The notes beneath the pieces are model-generated. The model made no database searches, was not told where the DNA came from, and was given only the letters and a program-made list of their open reading frames with translations. Positions 1 to 56,490 of a stretch of 64,000 nt of DNA are shown one piece after another. The stretch is from Chrysomallon squamiferum (taxonomy: Eukaryota > Animalia > Mollusca), in NCBI GenBank assembly GCA_012295275.1, contig CM022666.1, positions 16,182,001 to 16,246,000 of the forward strand, written 5' to 3'. A program made the translations under genes and the position numbers. The stretch's first letter is position 1. Every line of letters begins with the position of its first letter.

Positions 1-433
1 AAGGGGATGACCTTTCTGAACTGTGTAGAAGATCAATGAGGTGGTGGTTATGTAAGTTACCGCGATGTTTACTGCCGAGTGTTTCAGTTTGGTCTACAAT
101 CGAGTTAAACTAACTCGTGTTTGAATTGCAGCCCGCTTACAAGACGTGTTTGTTTACTGCCAAACAGACGGTCAGACGCAGCTACCTCTTGATTCAACAG
201 CACGAATTAAAAAATTGATTAACTGAAGGAAAATACGACAGAGTGTACGAAGCCAGGCTGAAGGAGAAGTGCAATTTTACGCCGTGACTTCGACATTAAA
301 GACGGACACTTCGATAAATGAAAAAAAAAAAAAAGAGACAATTTGTGTCTTTACAGTGAATAGATGCTTTAAGAGTTACAAGTTTGTGCAAGAAAAAGAA
401 GAAAAACACAGAGAGAAAACGAGGGACTGAAAG

Positions 434-434
<1 letters not shown>

Positions 435-516
<82 letters not shown>

Positions 517-567
517 GAGAGATAGATAGATAGAGAGAGAGAGATAGACAGAGAGTTAGAGATAGAG

Positions 568-658
<91 letters not shown>

Positions 659-1447
659 CAAGGAAACGACGCAGATTAAGGGAGAGAAATGAATAACGGA
701 AGTTTAGAAGTAATAATTATAGCAATAGTAGCAGTGGTAGTAGTTGTAGTACTTTCAGTAGTATTAGAAGTAATAATGATGATGATGATGATGATAATAA
801 TATTAATAATAATAATAAAAACAACAAAAGAAGAGTAAGAAACACACCTACTCTGATAGATTAGTGGGCGGCTGGTTGAGGTTAGACAACAGATATTTTA
901 ACAGATCAAACAATATCAATTAACAATAAACAGTTTCAATAAACTATGATGTACGACGTCATCACAAAGAAATTATTTTTCTCCGCTGTTTCATTTCCGT
1001 CGTCGGTGACGACGTTCGATATGAAACTGAAAGGTTTTTCTCAGAATCAGATCTAAAGAGCCTCGTTCTGGCCTGTGTTTTATATCTATGTGTATTGCTT
1101 ACCGGCTGCAGTAAAGTTTTATTTGTCCGCGCTGTCTGTGTTGTGTGTTTTTATCGACGGATGAAGAAGTAAGAATAAACACTGTGAAAGAGTCATTACT
1201 GTTGAGAGCTGTCTCTGTTAAAACCACATTAAAATCAAATCAGTTTGAAATATGTAGATTTATAGCAGTTTATAGCGTTATTACTGTCACTCTCATTGCT
1301 TTGCCCGTTACAGCCGCTGCTCTTCATGCACGTTATCGAAGGATGTTGTAGGTAACTTCCTCTCCGTGAGAAGAAACGTTATTAATTGTTATTATGATTA
1401 TTATTTTTATTATTTTATTATTATATTTTATTTTATTTTATTTTATT

Positions 1448-1482
<35 letters not shown>

Positions 1483-1532
1483 TTTTATTTTATTTTATTT
1501 TATTTTATTTTATTTATTTTATTTTTTATTTT

Positions 1533-1587
<55 letters not shown>

Positions 1588-1610
1588 TTTTATTTATTTA
1601 TTTATTTATT

Positions 1611-1689
<79 letters not shown>

Positions 1690-2442
1690 TTTTCTATATA
1701 TTACGTGTGTCTTTGTTTCTTCCCTGTTTTGTTCTTCTCTTTATTCTGGTCTGTTTTAGTAGAAAAAAGTGATTAGACTCGATATCGTTTCTAAGTGGAC
1801 TCTTGAGTTTACAAAGATTCTTGAACGAAGAATTAAGCGCAAACAGTTCCTGAAATAACCTCAGCATTGATGAATGAACAAATGTACTTAATAAACCGTG
1901 AAAACACGAATAATGAAGTCATATATGTACAAGTATTTTTAATAAACACGCACACACATACAAACACATGTACACGCACAAACATGCACACACATGCACA
2001 CAAACTGATACACTCACATACACGTTATTTATTCGCTGTTTATTCGTACTCTCATACAAACATTGTTGTATTTATATGTATGTGTGTATGCGTCTGTATA
2101 TATATATACGTACGTAGGTACATTTATTGTGTGGTTTGATTTTTTTAGTTTTAAATCTAATTAACTTGTATTTTTTAATTTTTTAAATTAATTAATTCAT
2201 TCGGGTTCGACTTACATTTTTGTATCTTTTTACTTTTGGTTTGCTGTTTTTTAGTTTTAAATCTAATTAACTTGTATTTTTTAATTTTTTAAATTAATTA
2301 ATTCATTCATTCATTTAATTTTTTGTTTCTTTTTTGTTTTTGTATTGCTGTCATTGAATTTCTCATACTAGTCGGTAAGTTAAAATATCTCTCCTTCATG
2401 GCTTTATTATTGCCAACATATCTGTGATTGTAAAGTACTGTG

Positions 2443-2538
<96 letters not shown>

Positions 2539-3730
2539 ATCTTATTATGTGCTACTTTTATGTTTGCCTGATTCAGACAATTTCTGTTTGTAATGTACAA
2601 ATCCAGAACACTTCTTCTCGGTTGAGTCTCAAAGTGTCTGTCTCAGCTTCTGAAGCAAGAATCGTAGTTTATTCTACTGCTGTTATTTACAGATGATCTT
2701 CCAATAAATGACCAATAATATAAAAATTGATTCGGCCGCCGGAATCAGCTTCATGTTTAGTTCTAACATATTTCAACGTATTTTGCGTTTTGTCGACATA
2801 TTTTTGTTGTTGCTGTTGTTTTAACGTAAATTGATTGTTATTTTTTTTGGAATCACAGTGAAGACGATTCCGAATTTTATTTATTTATTTATTTATTTAT
2901 TAATTTATTTTTTTTTTATTTTTATTATTTTTTTTTAATGTTGTTCGCTACCAAATATAAGAAAAGCCTGTGATTGGTGGTTTTGCAGATAGCTCTAAAT
3001 CCTGTATCCAAGTCAGTCAGAATATTATACTGGATTGTAGACAGCATTAAATGTGTGTTTAGGATCCTGTTCAGTTTTTCTAAATCTGTTTCAGATTTAA
3101 TTTTTCTTAGAGCACGTCTTGAGTATTCTCTCCATTTCAGATTAGAAAACAGGACTGAACTTTTTTTTTTCGTTCTCTCTCTTTTTTTTTTTTTTTTTGT
3201 TATTCAAATTTTGTGAGGAACATGAGATATGACGATAGCTTTTGCTCTAAGTCTCAGATAAAATGATTTATATGTTAAGAAAAAACATCACTCGATTACA
3301 CACGATCGAAGGAAATTGTGTTAGAGGCTCTGCGAGCTTGTACACACACAAAAACCGATTCGCACTTCCTACACATAGTGTTACTGTTCAAACAGCGCCG
3401 TGCTGTTAGGAAAAACTCGAACGAATGACAAATCTTTGGTACATAATTTTTTGAGATTTTTCTTCCAACGATACTCCTACTAGACAACATAAAAACAAAG
3501 TAGTAATAAAAAAAATAAGAATGGCAATGTTTTTGTGTGTCTGTTTGTGTGTGCATGTGTGTGTATATATATAGATATATAGATGGACAATTCAGACAGA
3601 AATTACTATAACTAAATATCTAGAAAATATATTTCTCGATGAACAATACAGACAAAAATTACTATAACTCAATAAGAAGAAAAGTATATTAACATAACAA
3701 CAACAACAACAGGATTAAATAAGGATGATG

Positions 3731-3767
<37 letters not shown>

Positions 3768-3986
3768 TGAAAATGAAGAAGATAGAAGAAGAAGAAGAAG
3801 AGCAGCAGCAATGATGAATAATGATTAGCAATGATAATGATGATGATGATGATGATATGATGATGATAATGATGATGATAGTGATGATGATAATGATGAT
3901 GATAGTGATGATGATTATGAATATGACAGTGATGATGATAATATAAAATAAAATAATAGTAATAAAATAATAGTAACAAATATATA

Positions 3987-4020
<34 letters not shown>

Positions 4021-4868
4021 TACAGAGATACAAATAAAGACAAACACAGACACACACAGACAGACACATGTACGCACAAACACAAACACAGGCACTCACA
4101 GACACACATACACCCAGACCTAGATACACAGACACAAACACAAACACACAAACACACACACGTACTCACACACTTACACACACATACTAACAACTTAGAC
4201 ACACAAAAAAAACCCACAAAAACGCATAAACTCATAAACATACACACACACAAACACGGTCGGAGACACAGAATCAATCAAATGTTTCTACTTTTAATTG
4301 TCATTTTTGTTTTTAATTTTACTCCGGCCACTTACATCTGCAGCTATTTTACTGCTGAAATGAGCTTTGGGATGTGTCATGTGAGTAATTAATTAAATCA
4401 TTTACTTCCATTTTATTCTAATTAAATTTAAACTCTTACAATTCCCCTAGGACGTGTTTCTACTTTGTCTGTTAAAATGTTTGACGTGTGTTTTTAAGTT
4501 ATATTTGTATTGTGAATGACATTATTAAAAGACTAATTTTTATTTATTTTATTTTATTTTTTTTTTATATATTTAGTTTATCAAGGAAGAAAATCAACTT
4601 TAGTTATTTATTTAAGTTATTTTTTTATGGTCTGTTGATTCTTTGGAAATACATGAAAAGTATTTGTTTATTTATTTATTTATTTATTTGTTTAGATATT
4701 TATTTTTTACATTTGTTTATTTATTTATTTCCTTGCATTAAAAAGTGTTATTTTCTTTTTCATTTGTTCTTTTCTTTATTTTCTTTTTCATTTGTTCTTT
4801 CTTATCTCTCTTCATTTCATTTCCTGTCTTTCCTGTTTCATTTTATTCATTCCTTATCTTTTTTCTTT

Positions 4869-4903
<35 letters not shown>

Positions 4904-5100
4904 CCATTTAGAAGTTTTTCCTTTCTTTCCTCCCATGGCTGTTTTTTTTTATTTTTTTTTTTTTTTACTTTTCCATTTTTTCTCCTCTTTCCTTTTTCAA
5001 TTATTATTGTTCTTACTGTTACTGTTATTGCTCTTATTATTGTTATTATTGTTATTGTAGTTGTTGTTATAGCTGTTATTGTTATTACTGTCATTACTAT
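435..5100. repeat. Cluster of microsatellites: (GA)n 451-655, (TTTA)n 1395-1690, (TC)n 2447-2537, (AAT)/(GAT)/(AC)n 3690-4260, T-rich 4530-5100
   Basis: Directly visible; boundaries approximate. Confidence 0.95.
2141..2310. repeat. ~62-bp direct duplication (offset 106 bp)
   Basis: TTTTTTAGTTTTAAATCTAATTAACTTGTATTTTTTAATTTTTTAAATTAATTAATTCATTC occurs twice. Confidence 0.9.
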
Positions 5101-5687
5101 TGTTATCGCTCTTGCTGTCCTTGCCATGTTTTACTGTTGTTATTGTTATTATTTTTGCTATAATATGAATCGTCTTGTCCAAAGATTTCTGCATTGTTGT
5201 AAACAAAATAAATTAAACCTGTCAGTTCAGTGTCCTTTATGTAACTCTATTAATGAGTTACTGTACTTAATACTGTTACTTTCCAATCCCAGAAATGAAA
5301 ATAAAACTTATATTTATAAACACACACACATAAATGCACATGCACATGTATATATATATGTATATATGCGTGTTTGTACCAAGACAAACACACACTGAAG
5401 AAAGTGACAGAATGTGGAAGACAGAGAGACAGACAGATGGATCAACTGCCTGCAAAGAAAAAACAGAGAAAAAGAGAGAGATGAATAATAGAGTGAGAGA
5501 GAAAGTGAGTAAGTTAAATAGAAGAATGACAGTGTAAAAGAGACTGACTGTCAGGTAATTTGAAAATTTATATGAAAAGTAACTTTTATTTAAGGGAGGT
5601 AACTGGATTGGCGTTATCGAACATTGTAAGTCAGAGTTATGTTCCAAGTGTAAAACTATTTAGAAAGTATTATTAATGTACTTACAA

Positions 5688-5718
<31 letters not shown>

Positions 5719-6221
5719 AACCAAATTAATAAGTAATCAGACAATACAAAACATTAATGGAATATTAATTTAAAATTGTATCACGTCATTATTATTAAAA
5801 TTAAAATACTTCACTGACATCATAATTAATTATCATTAACCATTAAAGGTCATAATAATAGCTAAACCTCATTATTAGCATAAAAATATTTTATGACGTC
5901 ACTCTAGTGTATTAAACTATTATCACTAGAATACATCCATGACGTCACTCTATTGTGCCCGTCATTATTTATATTTAAAATAGCATCTATTATATTATTG
6001 ATCACTACACTACATCTATGGTTTCACATTTTAACTTAGCATCATCACTGTTATAAAACATGTATAGTATCGTATTAGTATATGACTGGAGAAAAAGTTC
6101 CATATCACCTTTACTAAAATTTAATATTTTAAACCTTTTAAAATAAATATAAACTATATTGGTGTCCCTTAAATCAAAGAATATGCAGTTAACACCATTT
6201 GTTTTTATTTATGTTTTCTAT

Positions 6222-6266
<45 letters not shown>

Positions 6267-6495
6267 GCCGTTTCAAAATAAAGGGGTTAACTCTAGCAGT
6301 CTTTGTCTTCATTATTTTACATGATTTGAGAATTGTTGGAAAAGTCTCGTTATAAATTATGGATTTGTTAGCAAACAACGAGTACCATGTGCTAGAAACA
6401 CTAAGAGAAATTCAATTACTTTGTAAATTACCTTATCTCTTGGCAAGACCCTTCAACAAATTATTATTTACTGTTATTGTTGTTTTTCATATTGT

Positions 6496-6551
<56 letters not shown>

Positions 6552-6739
6552 TTATCTTATCTTTCTTTTTGTTGTTGTGTTTATCACGATTATTTTAAGA
6601 AAATTATTCGTGTTGTTTACATTGTTAAACACACACTCACAGACTATTTAAATGACACTTTGGCAAATTTTTACAACTATAGTACTGATGTTGTTTTTTA
6701 TTAGTAATTTAACTACTTCTGCTATTTGTTTTCTGTTAA

Positions 6740-10745
<4,006 letters not shown>

Positions 10746-11118
10746 TATATTACATATAAACAAATAAAGACCTGAGATCAGAAGAGATTAAGAATAAAGA
10801 AAAAGCAAAATTTATTTAAAAACGAATCAGAAGTAATGAATAACTTGGAAATACACGAAAATATTAAATTTCAGGCTGTGTGTTGTCACAAGACAGAAAA
10901 AAAAAACCATAAAAAATCACATAACAACTAAGTGTAATACAGTCTCGTGTTATATACAGTTTCACATTCACAAATCAAACACAGCATTGAGCAAGCCAGA
11001 ATGTTGACTTAAATCGTTTTTTGTTTTTGTTTTTTTTAGCTCTGGTAACAGCAAATTTACAATGTTTAGTCAGTGTACTTTTCAGTGCATCGCACAGAGC
11101 GGTCTTACTATTGCATTC

Positions 11119-11124
11119 TTTATT
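11119..11124 (-). promoter_or_regulatory. Candidate polyadenylation signal AATAAA for the MMP
   Basis: First AATAAA (minus strand) about 150 nt past the stop codon; more distal alternatives exist. Confidence 0.3.
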
Positions 11125-11269
11125 GCGAAATTAAGTTTGGAATGGCGGCTGAAGAGATCGTAACTGTCCGGAAACGTTCGTCGTTCTCCGTAAGCGACGT
11201 ACAACACCTTTCGGTTAACAACGTATTTCATCGGCACAGCGAAATGTGCCGAGCAAGTCAGAATCGACA

Positions 11270-45105
<33,836 letters not shown>

Positions 45106-45700
45106 AGCGAGTGCACGACACAACGCGTTATTAAATCTCTCTACAGCAGTCTTCAGTCAGTCAGTCATCACCCGTTCTGTTTTCTTTTCTACAACACTGG
45201 CAGCCGATCAACTCTCTCCGTGCGTTATCCTCTGCGTGCACGCGGAGAGAGAGAGAACCAGTCGATAGTTACGTTTTGGAAACAACCAGTTATTGAATTT
45301 GCCGTTCTCTCGTTTCTTTCACCTCCAAGCCGGGCTTGTTGCGGCCGGTCTGCGTGTGTTTGAATTAGCTGCTAGACTGCTAGAAATAAGAAAAACGTTA
45401 AAAAAAAAAAGAAGAAGAAGAAAAAAGCCCGTCAGTGCAAGATTAATACGAAACCGCCACATGCGTCTGTCTGGACTTCCTACTGCAGAGCACCGCGTCT
45501 GTCTCGCGCTTACTGTTAATAATAATGTCTCTTTCCGGCCGCGTGTTTTTTACTTAAATATTCGCCGGTCTCGGGGTAAAGCGGTTGATTTGTCAGTAAT
45601 GTAACTAAGAAGGAAAGCCGGTGATACGGTTGTTACAGTTACAAGTCACATTCGAATTCGTCACAAGTGATAGAGACAATACGTAATTACGTTGTCCATA
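45106..45700 (-). promoter_or_regulatory. Putative MMP 5'UTR/promoter region
   Basis: CpG-richer unique sequence immediately upstream of the ATG; TATTTAA near 45555 (minus strand); perfect CRE further upstream at 45982. Confidence 0.4.
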
Positions 45701-47289
45701 TTTGGTATCAAATCCCACTGGCGGACGAGCATGGTTCATAACGCTGTGTCCGACATTCTGTAATTATAGGTTTACTTTAGTCAAGGGAGGTAACCGAGAA
45801 ATAAACGTTGCACGTGCGCATCTGATTTATTTATTTATTTATTTATTTATTTATTATAGGCATGTGTGTATTTCTGTTTATGTATGTGTGTTGTGTTGGG
45901 GTATTTGTTTGTTTGTTTCTTTGTTTCTTTCTTTTTTCCTTCCTTCTATCTTTCTTTCTTTCTTTCTTTCTTAACGATACCTGACGTCATAATTGGCAAT
46001 ACTTATCGTGTCAACACTAATTATTTAATACGTCATGTGATTAAACTCTCTCCTGCCATTATCAGTAATTATACCTGACTGCACGGTTAGTTATTTGTAA
46101 CGACTGGGCGAGAGGACATTTTGCGCCGAATTTTACACACAACGATTTTATCAGTGCAAAATTAACGTTTTAAACTTGCAATTTAATACTAAAATAAATT
46201 CGTTTGGGCAGACAAAGGAAAATTAAAATTTGGCTGACATTAAAATTTTGGACACATATAAACAGACACCCATCAGAATGAGTCATATTAAGATAATTAA
46301 CAAACGAATGTATGACGACATACTGATATTTAAAGTTATTGTTAATCGTGCCCTCTGTGAATGCATAATAACTATATGAAATGTGTTTAAAGTTCATCAA
46401 AAGTAAAAATGATATATAATGCATTGCATCTACAGAAGTATACAAAAAATAAAAATAGAATTGTCTTGAATTTCGAAAAATCTATCGTTGAGCACTTTTT
46501 AGAACGAGAAATAACTGAGTGTGGGTACCGAGGAGAAATGATCCATCTCGTCCCAGTGTACCACTCCATCTTCTGAAGTTTAGTTTATAACAAACGCATG
46601 GAATTAGCTGAATGATTATTTTTATCATCATAGTCATTATACTCATTATGATCGTCATCGTCGTTATGGTCAACATCATATCTTTATTATCAACATCACT
46701 GTTATCATCATCATTATCGTAAACATAATCATTATCTTTATGATCAATGTTATCATTTTATCAACAGTAATGTCATCATCATCATCATAATTAAATCATC
46801 ATTACTCTCAAGATGGAAATTAATCATTACTATCATATTTATCGTAATAGTCATCATTAAGCTGATTATCTGAAATTATTTCATTATTTTTATTTATTTA
46901 TTTATTATTACTTTTTTTTCTCTCTCTCTTTAGTCCGGAGAATGAACTCATTGTAGAAACATGATTGTGACGTCACTGGTAGCTTAGTAAGCAGAGGAAG
47001 TAAGAGTAACACAGTGACCCAGTGACCCTAGTTCAGTTAGTTTAGTAATGTAACATTATCCTAATGTCACCACTACACTCCTTTCTTTGTCTTCCTCGTC
47101 TGTTTTTATTACTAAGATCACGACACCGTCCACTACATTTACAACTACAATACAAACATAACTACTGCTGCCTTTGATACTTACTACCTGAAATAAATAG
47201 ATAGATAGATATTTAGACAGACAGACAGATTGATAGATAAACAGAGATAGAGACTCAGAGGATAATGATAGAGAAAATGAGATAGACAG

Positions 47290-51760
<4,471 letters not shown>

Positions 51761-52280
51761 TATAATCAATTACTTTTTACAGGTTTAATTATTTTGAATA
51801 ACGTCAAAGATGTGCGTGTTACCATGACAATCACTGACATAATTTTCACTGAATATGCAAACACGAATTTGTATATTCTCTTCATGATATTCATACATGA
51901 TAAATATGAAAATCTACGACATACAAATTTACTTTCTTTTCTGAAAGACTGAGACGTTTCAGGCTGCAATCAGGACAAAACGCATTCATATGTCAAACCA
52001 CATCTTAGACTTGCCTTTCTGTCTTAGATGATTTATAGCTGATTTGTGTTACATTGTTGAACAGTTTCATAAATATGAATATAACATATACATATATATA
52101 TATATAAATACTTAAAACGTGCGTGTAAATGTACTCTTTGTCTGTGTATGTTTATCTCTTTATATATTTATAAAAATCACACCGTCCATCTGTTTCTGTG
52201 TCTAATTTCCTGCTTTTTTTTTATTATGTTTATCTCTTTAATATTTTTAAAAAATTAATCCATAAATAATAATGTAATGC

Positions 52281-52332
<52 letters not shown>

Positions 52333-53140
52333 GTAATAGTAATAATAATAATGGTAATACTGGTAATAGTAATGATTATGATTATCGCGATGATGACAAT
52401 GGTATTAATAATAATAACAACATAATAAAAATTATAATAATGATGATGATGTTGCTGATGATGATAATAATAATAATAAATATCATCATTATATATTTAC
52501 TACTATCGATTTTCCTCATTCATCAGTAAGTAAAGAGAAAATATAACTGACAGTTTTAATAACCTTTGCATTAAAATATCTTGAAACAAATTTAAATCTC
52601 TATATTTCAGTTTCATCAGGCAAACATTATTACTATTATAATTACTGAATGAGGGTGAAACGTGAAGACTCAGTCTTATAGGAATTTGTGTGCTATTCCG
52701 TAAGATCGCGTTATATTTTGTTTTCAACACCAGTAGTATTTTTTTAGTTGTTTAAATCTCTTTTCATTATTAATCATATTAAAGCCAGTTACAGGTGTTT
52801 TTTTTTTTAATGAATTGTTAATGAATTTATACTGATTGTTATGATGATGATGTTAAATTAAATATTACTCTATTACTATTATTAGAAGAGAAGCAAAATG
52901 ATAATGATAATGATAAAATGAATATTACTATATTACCAGTGTGTCGATGATGATGTTGATGATGCTGCTGATGATGATGATGATGATGAAAACAGAAAAG
53001 AAAAAGTGGTGGAATAAATAGAAAACAAAACAAAATGAAGATCGTTGCTTGGCTTATTAGAACACACACACACGCATACACGCATACGCTCACAGACACA
53101 AACACGTACAAACACACACACACACACACACACGCACACA

Positions 53141-53180
<40 letters not shown>

Positions 53181-53369
53181 CACACAGACACGTACACACA
53201 CACACGCTCACAGACACAGACACACACACACAGACACACATAGCTTCTTTATGTTAACAAACTATTGGCTAAGACAAAGTTAAGTGTATTCAGTGTCTGG
53301 TATGAGTTAACACGTGTGTGTGTTTTATGTGCGAGTGTTAATGTGTCACAGGCCTAACCTGGAATGTTA

Positions 53370-53690
53370 ACGTCGTCACAGTGATGACGTCGTGTGACAG
53401 ATGTGAAAGACGACGCTATAAAAGACGATGTTTCGTTCCACGACTTGACAAGACAAAAAAAAAATATGTTAAATAGATTAACGCGCACGATGTAAGAATC
53501 AGCAGAAAAGAACAGAAAAAAAGAAAAAAAAAAGAAGAAAAAAGACCAGATGATGATTATAAGTTAAATTAGAAAGTTTTGGTGAAAAAGGATTTAAGAA
53601 AAAGAGAAAATCAGATTTGGTTTCGGTGTGAAAGTGAGAGGATTTTAACATTTTTTTATTTATGACCGGTGACGTCATTTGTGTGAAATA
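53370..53690 (+). promoter_or_regulatory. TATA-box promoter and 5'UTR of the plus-strand gene
   Basis: TATAAAAG at 53417-53424; TGACGTC at 53385; perfect CRE TGACGTCA at 53670-53677; a 9-codon uORF (ATG 53662) whose TAA overlaps the main ATG. Confidence 0.45.
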
Positions 53691-53754
53691 ATGAGCTACC
53701 CCTTCATGACTGTGGCGACACCTGTCAATAATTATGAGTTGTCGATTTCAACAG
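53691..53754 (+). CDS. Putative first coding exon of CD20/MS4A-like gene (MSYPFMTVATPVNNYELSIST)
   Basis: ATG at 53691, 64 nt to a consensus donor ACAG|GTAAGT (phase 1), matching the phase-1 acceptor at 63783; TATA box upstream. Confidence 0.5.
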
Positions 53755-53944
53755 GTAAGTAAGCAGTTTACTTATTCACCATAGTTTAGATCTGTTGCGT
53801 GTTAGACTTGATGAGGCTACTGTTGTCGTATTTGATTAAAACGAATGTAAAATGAAGATGGTTCTACACTGAGATGTAACAGCACTCTTTCTTGAAATAG
53901 TGAATATTCACCCTAGGGATGAATAAAGTTATGTTGGTGGTGAA

Positions 53945-54302
53945 TGAATGAGAAAGGGTGATCACTCAAATTATGTAATTATTTACAATGTGAAATGGGT
54001 GCTGACTCAAATCATATTGTTATTTATATCAGAAAGCATAATGAGTCAAATTATTTAGATATTTACATGAAAAGAGTGATGACTCATATTATGTAGTTAT
54101 TCATGTGAGAAAGCGTAGTGACTCAAATTACTTAGATATCTATATGATAATGGGTGATGACTCAAATTATTTAGATATCTATATGACAAGGGATGATGAA
54201 TCAGATTATTTAGATATCTATATGACAAGGGATGATGAATCAGATTATTTAGATATCTATATGACAAGGGATGATGAATTAGATTATTTAGATGTCTATA
54301 CT
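53945..54302. repeat. 39-bp minisatellite, ~9 copies, carrying AP-1 sites
   Basis: TGA(C/G)TCA at 54003, 54042, 54080, 54119, 54158; TGAATCA at 54197 and 54236; TGAATTA at 54275. Confidence 0.9.
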
Positions 54303-54446
54303 AAAAAACATTTTGTTGTTGTTGCAGTTGTTTCGTACTGTCCTATTAATTTTTTATTATTATTTATTATTTTTTATTTTCATTAACATTCATTTTTATT
54401 TATTTATTTATTTATTTATTTAATTATTTAATTACTGGTTTATTGA

Positions 54447-54493
<47 letters not shown>

Positions 54494-54727
54494 TTATTAT
54501 ATTGTTTTAGTTTAATTAACACGTTGAAAAATAATCTTTATAATTTAAAAAATATATATATTTAAAAAGTTTTATTTATGTTTTATGCTAATGAGATAAA
54601 ATTAATTATACAGAGACAAGGAAGAAGAATATTTTCGAAATAAAAAAAACACAAAAAACCTCAGTGGTCAACGACACTGAAATTATTTAAGAATAACCGA
54701 GTCACACAGCGACTACTACTACTACTA

Positions 54728-54759
<32 letters not shown>

Positions 54760-54996
54760 TTACTACTAATAAGACCATCACTGCTGCTAATAACACTATA
54801 ACAAATACTACTATTACTTCCACTATTGCCACTACTATTATTTCTACAACAACAACAACAACAACAACAATAATAATAATAATAATAATAATAAATTAAT
54901 GGACTGTTATTTTTCTTAAATATTTTATTTATCCTTTTAGTAACGAAAGGTACAACAAATAAATATTTACTGAGATTTATATAGATAGATAGATAG

Positions 54997-55126
<130 letters not shown>

Positions 55127-55555
55127 TCATCATTTGTAGGTATCCTTAAAAACAATTACTAAAAATAACTAATAAAAAGAAAATGAATAATAAAACAAAG
55201 TACCGATGTTCAAGAAGTGAATGAATTTATTTATGTCATGTATTCACAGAGCATAGTTACAATGTGACAAAAATGATGAGAAAAAACATTTACATCAGCA
55301 ACATTAACTGTATATCATTTTAAATATTAAAACAAGTTTACGTTGAAATGAAGTAAATGCAGCCACTTAGAAATATATTAGATGCATTCGATAATTTTAA
55401 ATCATTGCTTTTCTTTATTATCATTTCTACTACTACCACTGCTACTACTACTACTACTAGTAATAATAGTAGTAGTTGTAGTAATAGTAGCAGTAATAGT
55501 AGCAGTAGTATTTTTTATGTTGGTTCTTTTTATTTTATTTTTTTTTATTTATTTT

Positions 55556-55587
<32 letters not shown>

Positions 55588-55595
55588 TTTTTTTT

Positions 55596-55646
<51 letters not shown>

Positions 55647-56490
55647 TTATTATTATTATTATTTATTTATTTATTTTTTTATTGTGAGATCTGTTTTCTT
55701 TCTTTCTTTCTTCTTATCGTGAACATGCAGCTGTGTTGAGAAATAAAAATAAATTTTCTGACTTAAATCTCTACGAACAGCGACAGTTTCTCTTTAACAA
55801 GTTCCAGTCTATTCAGTCTGTGTACCAGAACCATCAGTTACACTTCGCAGTAAGTAAAATCACACGACACTTAAAAAGAATATAATATTATCATTGGTAA
55901 GCAGGCCAAACCCAGATGTTTGACAGATTTTATGAGGACTTCTTTTTTTTTTTTTTTTTTTTTCTCTTTCGTTTGCCTCAGGCTTTGATTCAGTTTTGTG
56001 GTTGACACGAAATGTCAAATATCTTATTCCAACACACACCTCGCACATAATTATTGTCTTCTGTAAGATCTTTTTCTAGGACATTTACAAACAAATACAA
56101 TAATCCCGGATGATAGGTGCGTAATTTATTTCGTATATTGTCAGGAAGCTTAGGCTGTTTTCGTGATTACAGTTTACATTGTTAATATTCATAGCTCGTA
56201 ATATTTCAGTATGGAATGAACATAATATCTAAACTGCGATTCTGTAATTGTATGACAGTGAACCAGCCAACGCTTGAATGAACGAACCAACGAATGAATA
56301 TTTCAACAGTAAGAAATATTTTAGCTGTTACTCATACAACAAAAATACAGTAAAAGAAATTCACTGCATGCGTTCCATGTTTCAATAAGAGTACTTTTAT
56401 CAGCATAAACATGAAAGCACGTACCATAACCTTTCTTTAAAAAGCCGCGTATCACAGTTTATAACGGGAAATTTCCCGATAAATCCAAAA

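Noticed and set aside
54105-54386. 93-aa ORF with DDESDYLDIYMTR repeats
   Set aside because: It starts at GTG, arises because the 39-bp unit is a multiple of 3, ends in low-complexity DNA, and has no convincing splice sites.
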